Origin: Clostridia bacterium
GTDB taxonomy: Bacteria; Bacillota; Clostridia; UMGS1883
NCBI GenBank assembly: GCA_017505525.1
Contig: JAFVPB010000009.1
Span: 20,765-52,764 of the forward strand
DNA length: 32,000 nt
Reading direction: 5' to 3'
The translations under genes and the position numbers were made by a program. The notes beneath the pieces were generated by a model. The model was not told the DNA's origin and did no database searches. It saw nothing but the letters and a program-made list of their open reading frames with translations. This document shows positions 1 to 10,100 of the stretch, one piece after another. How positions within the stretch are numbered: the stretch's first letter is position 1; each line of letters begins with the position of its first letter.

Positions 1-644
1 TAAACATCAATACCGTATTTAGATGCTCTGTGGATAAGCTCATTCATATCCATATATCCTGTGGTTGTAACATTAACATCCTTTACAAACACTAAAATTG
101 CATCCATTCCAGCGTGAGCAATTGCAGCAAGATGTTCGTTCGGGAACCAGTCGATACCATAGCCGGAGTGAATCATTCTTGGAGAATACATTGTTCTTCT
201 TGAATTTGTGCCTTTTTCAAGATAAGGAGCTTTCCTGATAGACATTAAATCTTCAAGATAGTAAAGCGCCTGTGCTGCACCTCTTTCGTCGAAAGCGATA
301 ATGGTTACGTTGTCGCCAACAATGATTTTACTTCCCATGTAACCGTTTCCTTCACCTAAGTCTTCCCCATCTTTTGCTATGCGAACATTAATTGTTCCAG
401 CTTCATATGTGCATCCATTTGCATCGATTTGTGCCGCTATATTCATGCTTGTGAAAAGATAATCAGTGAAATCTTTTGCCGCAAGATTTATAACATCACT
501 TAAATTATTTTCGATGCAGATTTTCACGTTGTTTGTGAGTACAAGCTCGTTTGCTATTGGTTCAAGGGAAAAATCGCGTATGTTCTTTTTATGAACCTCA
601 AGCATTTTTTTTCTGAAATCGTAGTGTTTTTCGTTTACTCTCAT
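1..644 (-). CDS. Partial CDS (N-terminal ~214 codons, runs off the left edge). Cytoplasmic protein with a GH20b/GH67N-like N-domain followed by the start of a TIM-barrel-like region; putative glycoside hydrolase.
   Basis: Not in the supplied ORF track because there is no stop in the window. Manual minus-strand translation from ATG 644-642 gives MRVNEKHYDFRKKMLEVHKKNIRDFSLEPIANELVLTNNVKICIENNLSDVINLAAKDFTDYLFTSMNIAAQIDANGCTYEAGTINVRIAKDGEDLGEGNGYMGSKIIVGDNVTIIAFDERGAAQALYYLEDLMSIRKAPYLEKGTNSRRTMYSPRMIHSGYGIDWFPNEHLAAIAHAGMDAILVFVKDVNVTTTGYMDMNELIHRASKYGIDV, and it stays open to position 3. GGAGGA lies 6 nt upstream of the ATG, inside the 3' end of the preceding gene. No signal peptide. The ...Y.G..I.V....I.I.A....G...A...L..L stretch resembles the small N-domain found in GH20/67/84/89-type enzymes. 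Function is pattern-level only. Confidence 0.6.
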   Translation of the reverse strand, partial: MRVNEKHYDFRKKMLEVHKKNIRDFSLEPIANELVLTNNVKICIENNLSDVINLAAKDFTDYLFTSMNIAAQIDANGCTYEAGTINVRIAKDGEDLGEGNGYMGSKIIVGDNVTIIAFDERGAAQALYYLEDLMSIRKAPYLEKGTNSRRTMYSPRMIHSGYGIDWFPNEHLAAIAHAGMDAILVFVKDVNVTTTGYMDMNELIHRASKYGIDV

Positions 645-646
645 TA

Positions 647-3600
647 TTAGTCCTCCAATGCTCCTGCCTTTTCGAGTGAAAACTTATAAAATCCTTTAAT
701 ATTGTTAAATACCGGTGAATTAATGTCTAATGTGTAATCTTTGTTTGCATAATCGATGAATCCAACTTCACCTGATTCGGCTTGCGCTTTAGTATAAATC
801 AAATTATCTTTGTTTATAAGAACTTCTTTGGAATCGTTATCGACACTGAAATATCCTGTATTTACCATTAAGTTTTCAGCAAATATGTTATCCACAGGCT
901 TACATGGTTCATTATCCTCGATACAATATACTTCAGGGAATCTCTTATACCATAATTCAGAATCATATTTATTTTTAACAATATCAATACTATCGAAAAA
1001 GTTCTGTATATCCTTTTTGTTAGGATCTAAGCCGATTGCGGTCATATAAAGACTGCCATAAGTATTTACAAGTACGTTCTTTTTAAAGATATTATCTCTT
1101 CCGCCATTTATGAAATAGGCATATCCGCCGAAGTCTGAAAAAATATTTCCTGTTACTTCAAGGCCACTGTACAAATTATCAAGATATACACCATAGATGT
1201 CAACTCTGTTACCGTAAATTTCTTTGTTACCGATATTAGAAGATATATCATGAATATAGTTGTACCTTACTTTATTTCCTCTTGAAATCCAGCTTCCTCC
1301 AACATAAATTGCTGCCATATCTCCGGCTTCTGTAAGAATATTTGAAATATCATTATACTCGATTATATGGTCGCAACCACTGAAACTTATAGCGTAATGG
1401 GGTGCATTTTTTATTGTGTTGTGTGTTGCTCTGTTCCCTACTCCGCCTAATCCAATCGCTGCGCTGTATGTTTCTGTTATTCTTGAGAAATTATCAAAAG
1501 TACAGTTTTCAACAAAACTATTACCGGGAGTAAGGGTTGAAAGAGTTCCTGTAGATAAGCTTACTCCGCCGGCTACATCCTTAAAGGTGCAGTTTGTAAA
1601 ACCATGACCACTGTTTATTCCTCTTGTAAGGCAAGCATAATCTCCTGTGTTTATGAAAGAGCAGTTTTTAAATACGAAGTTCTTGTTACCAAATTTTCCG
1701 CCCTCACAGAAAACTACAAGTCCTCTTGTGTTTCCAAATGTAATTCCATCAAACACATAGTCATGAGTGGATCTTAACCAGATAAGAGGAGATGATGTTT
1801 GTGTTAAAGATACTTTTGCGCTGTTAATGTCGGTATCTGTGGGAGGATAAAGGTATAAAACTCCTTTCTCTCTATCAATATAATACTCTCCCGGAGAATC
1901 AATTTCTTCTAAAAGATTATAGGTGTAAAAATAACCACCTTCAGACAGATCATCAGTAGTTGGATATTTAGATGTAATCGTTCCCTGCTCTATATCAATA
2001 GATTTAATAGGAATTGCCTGGTCTGACCATGAATAACGCCAGTAACCATACATAATTGCATCTTTTGCATTTTTCCACTTTTTAAAACGATCTTCTTTGG
2101 GGACTATGGTAAATCCATCATCATCGTCTTCAATAATTTCGTTATATTCTTTGCCGACTTGATTTTTTTCCCATTCTTTATAGTCTCCGCCTTTAGATAC
2201 CACGCTATCAATAAACATGTGCCCGGTGTTTGGATATCTTGAAAGTTGCATAACCTTTCCATCGATTATAAGTTCAGGCATAGTTGCGTTTTTAGATGTT
2301 CTGTTGGTATCCTTCATAAATGGTGCAAGCTGATAGCTACCTGGAAATGTTATATCACCAAGCACAAACTCTTTATTTGAAGCTGTTTTCTGCTCAAATA
2401 AATTTATTTTAACAAGATGTTCGCGTGCAGATTCTTCTACAAGACGATTTTTTTCCTCTTCACTGGCAGGTTCAAATTCACTTGAATCAAGGAATTGCTC
2501 TCCCGAAAAGATTACAGTTTCATTTTCTGCTGCTTTAAATGTAATAGGTTTATCGCCATCTTTTCTCCATGTATAGTCAAGCCAGTTTTTAGAACCTAAT
2601 GATTCTACATTACCATTTGAATCGTAAGTATCTCCAAGCAAATAAAGGCTGCTGTATTTTCCTTCGTGAAGAATAACTGTTATACCATCTTTAGGATAAG
2701 GGACTCCGGAATCACATATTTCCTGTATTTTATTTCTTGCACCGCCAAGACTAGAGAAAATATTATTTTTACTGTCAGTCATTCCGTTCAGGTAAACATG
2801 CAGAACAATTTCATCACTTTGGACTAATTCTTTTACATTGTTTTGAGGCGTTAAATTACTGTTCCAAACATAAAACTTTACTATTTGTTTGGAAGAATCT
2901 GTAATAGTAAGTTTTTTTTCAAGCTCTACAGGCTTTTCTTCGAATTCAGCTAAAGATACGCCCTGAATGAAGCTTACATCTTCTAACTTATTAGCATCCT
3001 TATCCTTATAGAGCGCAGCTGCAATAATTAAGTTTTTAGCCTCGGTTCCATTTTTAAGGAGTGTTTTAATTGTAAGTTCTCCATTAATAAGGCTTGAGGT
3101 TTCAATTCCGTTATTAATGAATGAAAAATCTGCTGAAACATCTTTAAACTCATCTCTCATTTCTGCAATGAAAAATGAATCGGCATAATAGTTGGCCTGT
3201 TTAGCGTTAACTGAAACAAATACTTCCGTTGTACTTTGTAATTTATTGGTATCGAGCACTGCAGAAACCCTGTGCCACTCGCTATTATCTGTATTTACAG
3301 TTATGCTGCTTATTGTTATATTTTGATTATCAGTTGCTAATACAAACTGATTCTGGTTGTTATTTGCATTAACTGCGGCAGTTACTAAATATTTTTTTCC
3401 GGGATTAAGATAAATTTTCTGTCCAAAGTTTTTCCCTGAAACAAAGGCACTGAAACCTCCGTCAAATGTTTCTTCGGAACCTACTATAAATTTACCTTCC
3501 CATTCTCCTTTTGCAATTTTTTCAAAATCTCCATTTGCAAAAAGATTTCCTTTTTCTTCGTAATATGAAGGTCGAATTTCAATCTCAATTTCGTCAGATA

Positions 3601-4402
3601 TCGTGCCGCCAAGCGCCGAAGTATATTCTGCGCAAGCTGTAACTACACCAACAGATGCATTTGGTCTAACGGTTAAGACGCCTTCGCTGTTAATTGTTAC
3701 TCCATCCGAGGCACCAGATAAAGACCAAACCAATCCATTCTTTATTATATGCATGCCTTCATTTCCGCCGTGCTGATTAATGGCGGTACATCTTAAATGT
3801 ATGTTGTTAACTCCATTTTGAGGAACGTTAACTGCAGTTGCACCTTTTAGGGTTATTATTGCGGGATAAAGCTTGCTTGTATCCACTTTTTTTACAGAAA
3901 CATCGTCTATATAAAATTCTAATTCAGGACTTGTATAGTTAGCAACACCCACATTAACAGATTGTTGAGCATTATCAACAACAATAGTTTTCTTAAGTTC
4001 TACCCATTTAGATGCATATGCTTCTAAATAAGAGCCGTAATCTGTTATCATCGTTGAATTAGAGGCAAGAAGCTGTATCTTTTTACCATCGTATTTAGCA
4101 TCTTTTAATTTAACCCATACAGAAACAAGATATGTTGCGTCTTTTTCCAGCTTTAAAGGCTGATAGACCTGCTGATTTGTGTTAGTACGTCCTGTAACAA
4201 GACCTGCACCCGGAGAATTGTGACCAACAGCAGAATCATATTGAAAAAATCCCGAATGATACCAATCTCCTATACCGGATTTAAATTCCGGATTGTAAAT
4301 TAAATTTTCCCCTGTTGTTTCCCATGTCATATCAGCGAAAACCGACATGCCGGACAATACAATTGAAAATGAAAGTATAATTGCGAAAATCTTTTTTATC
4401 AT
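647..4402 (-). CDS. Secreted multidomain right-handed beta-helix (pectate-lyase-fold) protein with N-terminal CBM-like / Big_2-like / CBM-like modules; putative polysaccharide lyase or hydrolase.
   Basis: ORF 647..4462. I moved the start to ATG 4402 (residue 21), which gives MIKKIFAIILSFSIVLSGMSVFA|DM, a Sec signal peptide, with AGGAGG 7 nt upstream. CBM4_9/22-like jelly-roll signatures are present (NLIYNPEFKSGIGDWY...ELEFYIDDVSVKKV; GNLFANGDFEKIAKGEWEG...). A Big_2-like module reads VWSLSGASDGVTINSEGVLTV. The C-terminal half has beta-helix repeats (NCSFINTGDYA, NCTFKDVAGG, NCTFDNFSRI, HNTIKNAPHYAISFSG, YNDISNILTEAGDMAAIYVGG, YNYIHDI). It is a clear paralog of the 14671..17301 product (shared YNLLEEID.PGEYYIDR..GVLY.YPP and H..I.DAPH.AISFSG). 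Confidence 0.8.
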   Translation of the reverse strand: MIKKIFAIILSFSIVLSGMSVFADMTWETTGENLIYNPEFKSGIGDWYHSGFFQYDSAVGHNSPGAGLVTGRTNTNQQVYQPLKLEKDATYLVSVWVKLKDAKYDGKKIQLLASNSTMITDYGSYLEAYASKWVELKKTIVVDNAQQSVNVGVANYTSPELEFYIDDVSVKKVDTSKLYPAIITLKGATAVNVPQNGVNNIHLRCTAINQHGGNEGMHIIKNGLVWSLSGASDGVTINSEGVLTVRPNASVGVVTACAEYTSALGGTISDEIEIEIRPSYYEEKGNLFANGDFEKIAKGEWEGKFIVGSEETFDGGFSAFVSGKNFGQKIYLNPGKKYLVTAAVNANNNQNQFVLATDNQNITISSITVNTDNSEWHRVSAVLDTNKLQSTTEVFVSVNAKQANYYADSFFIAEMRDEFKDVSADFSFINNGIETSSLINGELTIKTLLKNGTEAKNLIIAAALYKDKDANKLEDVSFIQGVSLAEFEEKPVELEKKLTITDSSKQIVKFYVWNSNLTPQNNVKELVQSDEIVLHVYLNGMTDSKNNIFSSLGGARNKIQEICDSGVPYPKDGITVILHEGKYSSLYLLGDTYDSNGNVESLGSKNWLDYTWRKDGDKPITFKAAENETVIFSGEQFLDSSEFEPASEEEKNRLVEESAREHLVKINLFEQKTASNKEFVLGDITFPGSYQLAPFMKDTNRTSKNATMPELIIDGKVMQLSRYPNTGHMFIDSVVSKGGDYKEWEKNQVGKEYNEIIEDDDDGFTIVPKEDRFKKWKNAKDAIMYGYWRYSWSDQAIPIKSIDIEQGTITSKYPTTDDLSEGGYFYTYNLLEEIDSPGEYYIDREKGVLYLYPPTDTDINSAKVSLTQTSSPLIWLRSTHDYVFDGITFGNTRGLVVFCEGGKFGNKNFVFKNCSFINTGDYACLTRGINSGHGFTNCTFKDVAGGVSLSTGTLSTLTPGNSFVENCTFDNFSRITETYSAAIGLGGVGNRATHNTIKNAPHYAISFSGCDHIIEYNDISNILTEAGDMAAIYVGGSWISRGNKVRYNYIHDISSNIGNKEIYGNRVDIYGVYLDNLYSGLEVTGNIFSDFGGYAYFINGGRDNIFKKNVLVNTYGSLYMTAIGLDPNKKDIQNFFDSIDIVKNKYDSELWYKRFPEVYCIEDNEPCKPVDNIFAENLMVNTGYFSVDNDSKEVLINKDNLIYTKAQAESGEVGFIDYANKDYTLDINSPVFNNIKGFYKFSLEKAGALED

Positions 4403-4486
4403 TTTAAATCCTCCTAAGCATATAAAAAAATTATATGCACTATGGATATTTGAACTATGCATTTTAAATAGTTTTTAATTTTCTAA

Positions 4487-4515
4487 GAGGGTGTAAAATT
4501 TTCTTTTACACCCTC
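4487..4515 (-). terminator. Hairpin downstream of the 871-aa gene; probable intrinsic terminator or attenuator.
   Basis: GAGGGTGTAAAA (4487-4498) and TTTTACACCCTC (4504-4515) form a perfect 12-bp stem with a 5-nt loop, 18 nt after the stop at 4533. The minus-strand downstream tail is TTAGAAAATTAAAAAC, which is only a weak U-tract. A TATAAT (minus strand, 4435-4430) lies between the hairpin and the next gene. Confidence 0.5.
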
Positions 4516-4532
4516 ATTTAGATTTATTATAA

Positions 4533-7148
4533 TTACCTGTATACTACAACGCCAACTTCACCCCAGCCGCCAAACATTGCAACTCTGTCGTCGGGGCTTA
4601 CATCGTTAAGTGTAGCAATTTCTGCTGTTTTTGTTTTAGTATCGTAAATAAGCACACGACCAACAGACACTGAGAAAAGATCAGTTGTTGAATTACCCTT
4701 ATATGTGTATGATTCGAAAAGAAGAAGTTCTTTTGCGGCATCCGCTTTTATAGCCTTACCTATAATATAGTCGTTAGCGTTTTCATACTTTAATGAATCA
4801 TGCATATAATAGTCATCTGCCATCATAGAATCTTCTCTGGCAAGATACTTAAAGTCGCTGAGCTTACCATTTGCATCAAAGGTACGACGTCCGAAGTCAC
4901 CCTTCTTGATATCGGGATGACGCTTTACAAAGTCAGGAGTGGTTGTATATTTCATAATCTGCCAGCCTTCGCCTGTATCAAGAGCGTCGTAAGCTTCGAT
5001 AACGTAAACATCTTCGTCTTTTTCGTTGGTTGAATTCATTACTTTTGTAACAACCATATATCTATGTCCATCAGGGAACGAACCAACAGATTTACCCTGG
5101 AACACAACAAGATCGGAATAGAAGAAATCATCAAGATTATACAAATTAAGCGTTACACCCTCTTGCTGCTTAAGGTCTTTCTGCTTCATAACTTTATATT
5201 CTTCTTCTGCTGTGAGATCTTCAGGCTGGAAGAATATAAGAGCTGTTTCCAAAATACCATACTTTGTTCCCGGAAGAGTCTTACCTTTGTTCCATTCAAT
5301 AGATGTTGAGAGGTTTTCAACTCCAAGTGAAATACTTTCAATATCGCTACCCTCTTCATCTTCGTTAAATACCTTTGTATCAATGAATGAGATTTGCTTA
5401 CTTGTGTTGAGTTTATATCTGATAATGGTGTTCTTTGTTTCAGCTTCAATCGATTTTAAAATTGTTTTAATTTCGTTGAATGAGCTGTATTTCACTCCAT
5501 CAATAACTACTTGCTTAGCTAATGTGTAGTTATTCCACTTGTTATCCTGCGTGAATATACGAATTCCTATGCTTTCGTCAAGACCTTCCTCAGCAACTGC
5601 AACAGTTTTTAATATAGCATATTTAAATGCAGAGTCAACATCTCCAATATAAGCGATATGTCCTAAAGCATTAAGCTTAAAGGTGCTTTCAAGTCGAAGT
5701 TCAATAGCAGGAATCTTAGCACCATTCTTCCTTGCATTATTGTATGCAGAAGATACAAGATAGAATTTATCCTTTATAAGGTATGCTTCTCCAAGTGAGC
5801 TTTCTGTTTCCATAACTTCTTCAATTTCGCCTCTAACAGTTTTATTAGAAGCATCGATCTGAACATAGCCGTTTTGGTTTGCAAGCACACTTATTACATA
5901 TCCCTGACCAAGATCGGTTGCTTTTGCAGATTTTCCGTTTAATGTGATAGATACATACGGATTTACATTTTCGCTTAAATCAATATATCTTTTTCCGTTA
6001 AATGTTAAACCATCTGCAATATAGATTTTTTCATCGCGCGCACTAACACGTTCGACAACAAATGTTTCATATTTATTGATTATTGCTGCATCGTAGTTAT
6101 TACCATTTGAAGATATGAAAAGAATAGTACCTTCGCCCGAAGCAATTTCACTTAACTTAGCATTACCTGCATAAGCAGTTCCATTATATAAAATATTCTT
6201 TATTGAAGAAACATATGCTTTTCCCTTAATTCCGTTAAAGTTCCAGCTAAGCGAACTTCCGTTATCTTTAATTTCATCAAACGGAACAAGAACACTTTGC
6301 TTGTAGTTATCCTCTGCAAGGAATATAACCTTATCCCCTTCTTCAATTTCAACCAAACCAAATACTTTTTTACCTAAAAGAGTGGTTGTGTCAACACCAT
6401 CTTCAAGTAAAAAGCTACCACGGTTAATTTCGATATAGTTCTCTTTAAGTTCCTTATTTGAATAAAGGTTTATACCGTTTGCAGCTGTTACAAGGCCTTC
6501 GATTTCTTCAACACCAAAAAGAAGCGCAAGAAGCGTGTTGTCTTCTGATGATGTGTAAACAATCTTCTTTCCTGCTGCAGCAATATCCATAACAGGAGTA
6601 TTTAATGCATTGTAAAGAAGCTGTGCCATCTCGCCTCTTGAAACATACTTTTCAGGATTATATGAAATTCCGTTAAGTATGTTTTCGCGGTACACTTTAT
6701 TCATAATGCTCTTTTCACTCATATATTCATATCCAAGAGCTTTAATAATTACATCAAGAACATCTTTATGGGTGATGTTTGTTTTTGTCTGATATTCATC
6801 ACTCATACCTAAAATGGCATCTACGATTATACAAAAATCACCAGTTTTTAAGATTTCATCTTCATTAAAGGCATCATCACGATACTTCATAAGACCAAGT
6901 GCAGTAACAATTTTAACTGCGCGCTCGTGCTTTAAAACCTCGGCGGGGATTTCTTCTACTACTTCTTCCTCATCGTCCGGTTTAGCAATCAAATCCATAT
7001 CGTACTTAAAAACATCATCTTTGTAATTAATTTGAGATTTATATTCAGCATCAAGCACATCAGCAATATTTGCTGCACCAAATGCTACGGAAGACATACA
7101 AAATGCAAGGATTAATGTAATAGAAATTATTCTTTTAAATCTCATCAT
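4533..7148 (-). CDS. Secreted 871-aa protein of unknown function with degenerate SLH-like N-terminal repeats.
   Basis: Full ORF. Signal peptide is MMRFKRIISITLILAFCMSSVAFG|AA. GGAGGAG lies 7 nt upstream of ATG 7148. The start overlaps the stop of the upstream SLH gene (ATGATGA, 4-nt overlap). After the signal peptide comes an acidic stretch (PDDEEEVVEE). Two SLH-like half motifs follow (AVKIVTALGLMKYRDDAFNEDEILKTGDF; YVSRGEMAQLLYNALN). I recognise no family in the remaining ~650 aa. Confidence 0.75.
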   Translation of the reverse strand: MMRFKRIISITLILAFCMSSVAFGAANIADVLDAEYKSQINYKDDVFKYDMDLIAKPDDEEEVVEEIPAEVLKHERAVKIVTALGLMKYRDDAFNEDEILKTGDFCIIVDAILGMSDEYQTKTNITHKDVLDVIIKALGYEYMSEKSIMNKVYRENILNGISYNPEKYVSRGEMAQLLYNALNTPVMDIAAAGKKIVYTSSEDNTLLALLFGVEEIEGLVTAANGINLYSNKELKENYIEINRGSFLLEDGVDTTTLLGKKVFGLVEIEEGDKVIFLAEDNYKQSVLVPFDEIKDNGSSLSWNFNGIKGKAYVSSIKNILYNGTAYAGNAKLSEIASGEGTILFISSNGNNYDAAIINKYETFVVERVSARDEKIYIADGLTFNGKRYIDLSENVNPYVSITLNGKSAKATDLGQGYVISVLANQNGYVQIDASNKTVRGEIEEVMETESSLGEAYLIKDKFYLVSSAYNNARKNGAKIPAIELRLESTFKLNALGHIAYIGDVDSAFKYAILKTVAVAEEGLDESIGIRIFTQDNKWNNYTLAKQVVIDGVKYSSFNEIKTILKSIEAETKNTIIRYKLNTSKQISFIDTKVFNEDEEGSDIESISLGVENLSTSIEWNKGKTLPGTKYGILETALIFFQPEDLTAEEEYKVMKQKDLKQQEGVTLNLYNLDDFFYSDLVVFQGKSVGSFPDGHRYMVVTKVMNSTNEKDEDVYVIEAYDALDTGEGWQIMKYTTTPDFVKRHPDIKKGDFGRRTFDANGKLSDFKYLAREDSMMADDYYMHDSLKYENANDYIIGKAIKADAAKELLLFESYTYKGNSTTDLFSVSVGRVLIYDTKTKTAEIATLNDVSPDDRVAMFGGWGEVGVVVYR

Positions 7149-10100
7149 TTATTATCTCCTCCGTTCTCTTTCACAAAATCTGCAATTCTCTTTGCAACAA
7201 CTGCAGTTTCGCTTCTTGTTACTGTGCCTTTTGGTAAGAATGCGCCTGTTTCAACACCCTTAACAAGTCCAAGGCCTAAAGCATCAGCAATATATGTTTT
7301 TGCCCACGACTGAATTACAGTAGCGTCTGTAAACACTGCTATATCGCCTGCTTTAATCTCGGCATTAGTTGAAGCCGTAATTGAAGCTACAATAATCTTG
7401 CACATTTCATCTCTTGTTAAGCTTCTGTCGGGGTAGAATAAATCGTTTTTACTGATGATATTCTTATCCACAGCTGCCTGAAGCAGACCGCTGAAGCTAT
7501 CCATAGAACTTACATCGCCGAATTCTCCGCGATAATCACTTTTTTCAATTCCTGCTGCTCTTAGTATAACAGACATAAATTCTTTTCTATCTATAAAATC
7601 TGAACCGGCAAAATCATCTTCAGTTACAGGTTCCATTATTTTATTTGCAATAACAAAGTCTACCTCTGCCTTTGCCCAATCTGGAACATTCTTAAGTGTG
7701 GTTGGCTGAGGAGCAACTACGATTGGCTTCTCAGGTTTAAATACCGGTCCGCTTCCACCGGGACTTCCACTGCCACCACCTGTAGATTTAATAGAAACCT
7801 TATAATCTTCTTCAACAGTTTTTCCCTTGTAAGGCTTTTTCTCTGCTATAGGAGTGATTTTAACAGTAAGAGTATCTCCATTATAGTTAGAAGCACGAAG
7901 CTTAGCACCTTCACCGATAAGAGTGTTTCCCTTGTACCATTCTATCACAGTATCGCCTTCTGCCACCTCAAATGGATGATTATAATCATAGGTAACTGTA
8001 ATATAGCTGTTTGAAGTTTTTTCAATTTCTATATTACTTACAGAAGGAGTTGCAGAAGAAAGTCTTGGCTCTGAAAATGCTTCGTTTTCTAAATCATATT
8101 CAGGGGCGTTCAAGCTTACTGCAATAATACCAACACTGATATACTTATCAGCATCTTCCGGTCTGATAGTATATTTATTTGTTGTTTCGCCTTCGATTGC
8201 AGTGTATTCATCTGTCTTTTCGTCATAGATGTACCACTGATATTTATGATTTAATTCATCAGGCTCGTCGCCATAGTTCAAATCATAGAAATCAAATGTT
8301 GCTTCCCATTCCTTGTCTGTTTCCTGAAGACCTTTAATTTTAATGTTTCTTGCCTCAGGAGCAGTGGGCTTGGATGCTTCATTCGAGAAAACCTCTTCAG
8401 AAGTATATACTGGAGTTGAATCTGTTGTTGGTACAACGCCAACTCTTAAATAATAGCTTTCATCTTCTGTTTTAACAGTGTATGAACCTGCTGTAGCCTT
8501 GGTTCCTGTTAAGAAAGGCTCTCCCCAATCTTCATCTTCGGGAAGCTTCTTATACCAGTTGATAACGCTTGCGTCATCCTCTCCGTCAACCTGGTAGTAG
8601 TCATAATCTACACTGAGAGAAAGTCCGTTTGAAACTATACCTGAAAGAACAACATCTTCAACAATGGGTTCCTTAGGAGCATTGGGGTCTTTTTCTATTT
8701 TAAGAGTAACATTTGCTGTTCTTGTTGCTTTCTGTTCAGCTGTCTGTTCGGCAGCACCTTTAAAGGTCGGGTTAAATGTTACTTTAAGCTTTGCTTCGCC
8801 GGGAGTTGCCGTTCTAAGAACTTTTAACTTACCATCTTCAAGCGTTACACCCTCAGGGAGTGATACTGCTTCCCATGTATAGGTAGAATCATCTCCGAAA
8901 TAATCGTTTGTACCAAGCTGGTTATATGCTTCGGCAGTAAGTTCTACTGTCTTTTCTCTTTCAATAGGAAGATAGATTGTTTCGGGAGTGGAATTTTTAA
9001 CCTTTGCTACAATAAGTTCACCAACATAGTAGTCATCTACATAGTATTCAACATCTTTTCCTGTTGAAACAACACCTACACTGTATGCCCAAGGACCTAA
9101 AGGCGCAACGTATTCAGAGGGATAAAATCCTGCAGAATGAACCATTTTCCACATATTCTTTGATGCTGCCTGCTGGTTTTCCTCTGTTGAAGCGGGAGCA
9201 TCAAGCATTTCGCTTAAAAGAACAGGATTTTTCTTTTCAAAGAAACCTGATGTGATAAAATCTTCAAATCTATAGAAATATCCACTTGCAACATAATAAC
9301 CGAACTTAAGTGCAATTTGTGCATCAGGCTTCAGAGCTACTGCTTCAGCATTCGCCTTTGTACCAAGAACCATAGCTGATGCAACAAGTGTTTTTCCTTT
9401 AAGGATGCTGAATCCCGGGAAATGAGATTCATTTGTATATGAGTTTTTAGCATGTGTTAAAAATGATTTGCTTCCGTTATATACCTGCTTATCCGTAATA
9501 GCATATGTGTTACTTCTCTGAGTTGAAGGAGAAAAGTAGAAATAATCCTCCCAAGGCTCGGTATCGCCTAAATCTTTGCTTTCCATATTGCCCGAACCGC
9601 ATCTGTTTGTAGCATTTCTTATGCTTTCAAAATATGCCGCATCCTCATCAACAACATCATCGATAATATCATCGTCTTCGTCGTCATCGCCATTGCCGCC
9701 ATCATCAATAGCGGGTGCCTTTGCAACTGCTATATCTACAATTTTGGTTCTGTATTTTGTAATTTCTTCGCCCTGTGTGTCGGCACCGTGGAAATCGGGA
9801 ATAGCGGTAATCTTAATTTGAATTGTTCCTTCTTCTGCTTCGTTTGTAAGAGTTAAGACATCATCTGTAATCGAAGCTCCTGCAGGCTCACCCACAAGTT
9901 CGTATGTAAATTCAGTATTTTCAATACCTGCTTTATTTTCAATCTGATTAAAAGCTTCAGCGCTGAGTTCAACCGTCGCGTTGCCATTGGCAGGAACAGT
10001 AACCTCTGTTTCTCCTGTGTAGTTAACATCTGCAATCATAAGCTCGCCAATGTAGTAATCATCGGTGTAAAGCTCGAGATATTTACCAGTTTCAGGATTT

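Noticed and set aside
606-613. Homopolymer runs (T8 at 606-613, T8 near 2913-2920, A7 at 17291-17297 in the first codons of the beta-helix gene) as slipped-strand phase-variation switches.
   Set aside because: The tracts are short and common at this base composition. The window offers no evidence of frameshifted variants.
4403-4462. 20-codon N-terminal extension of the 647..4462 ORF (MHSSNIHSAYNFFICLGGFK).
   Set aside because: It has no RBS. The internal ATG at 4402 has an AGGAGG at ideal spacing and begins a textbook signal peptide. The extension would bury that peptide.
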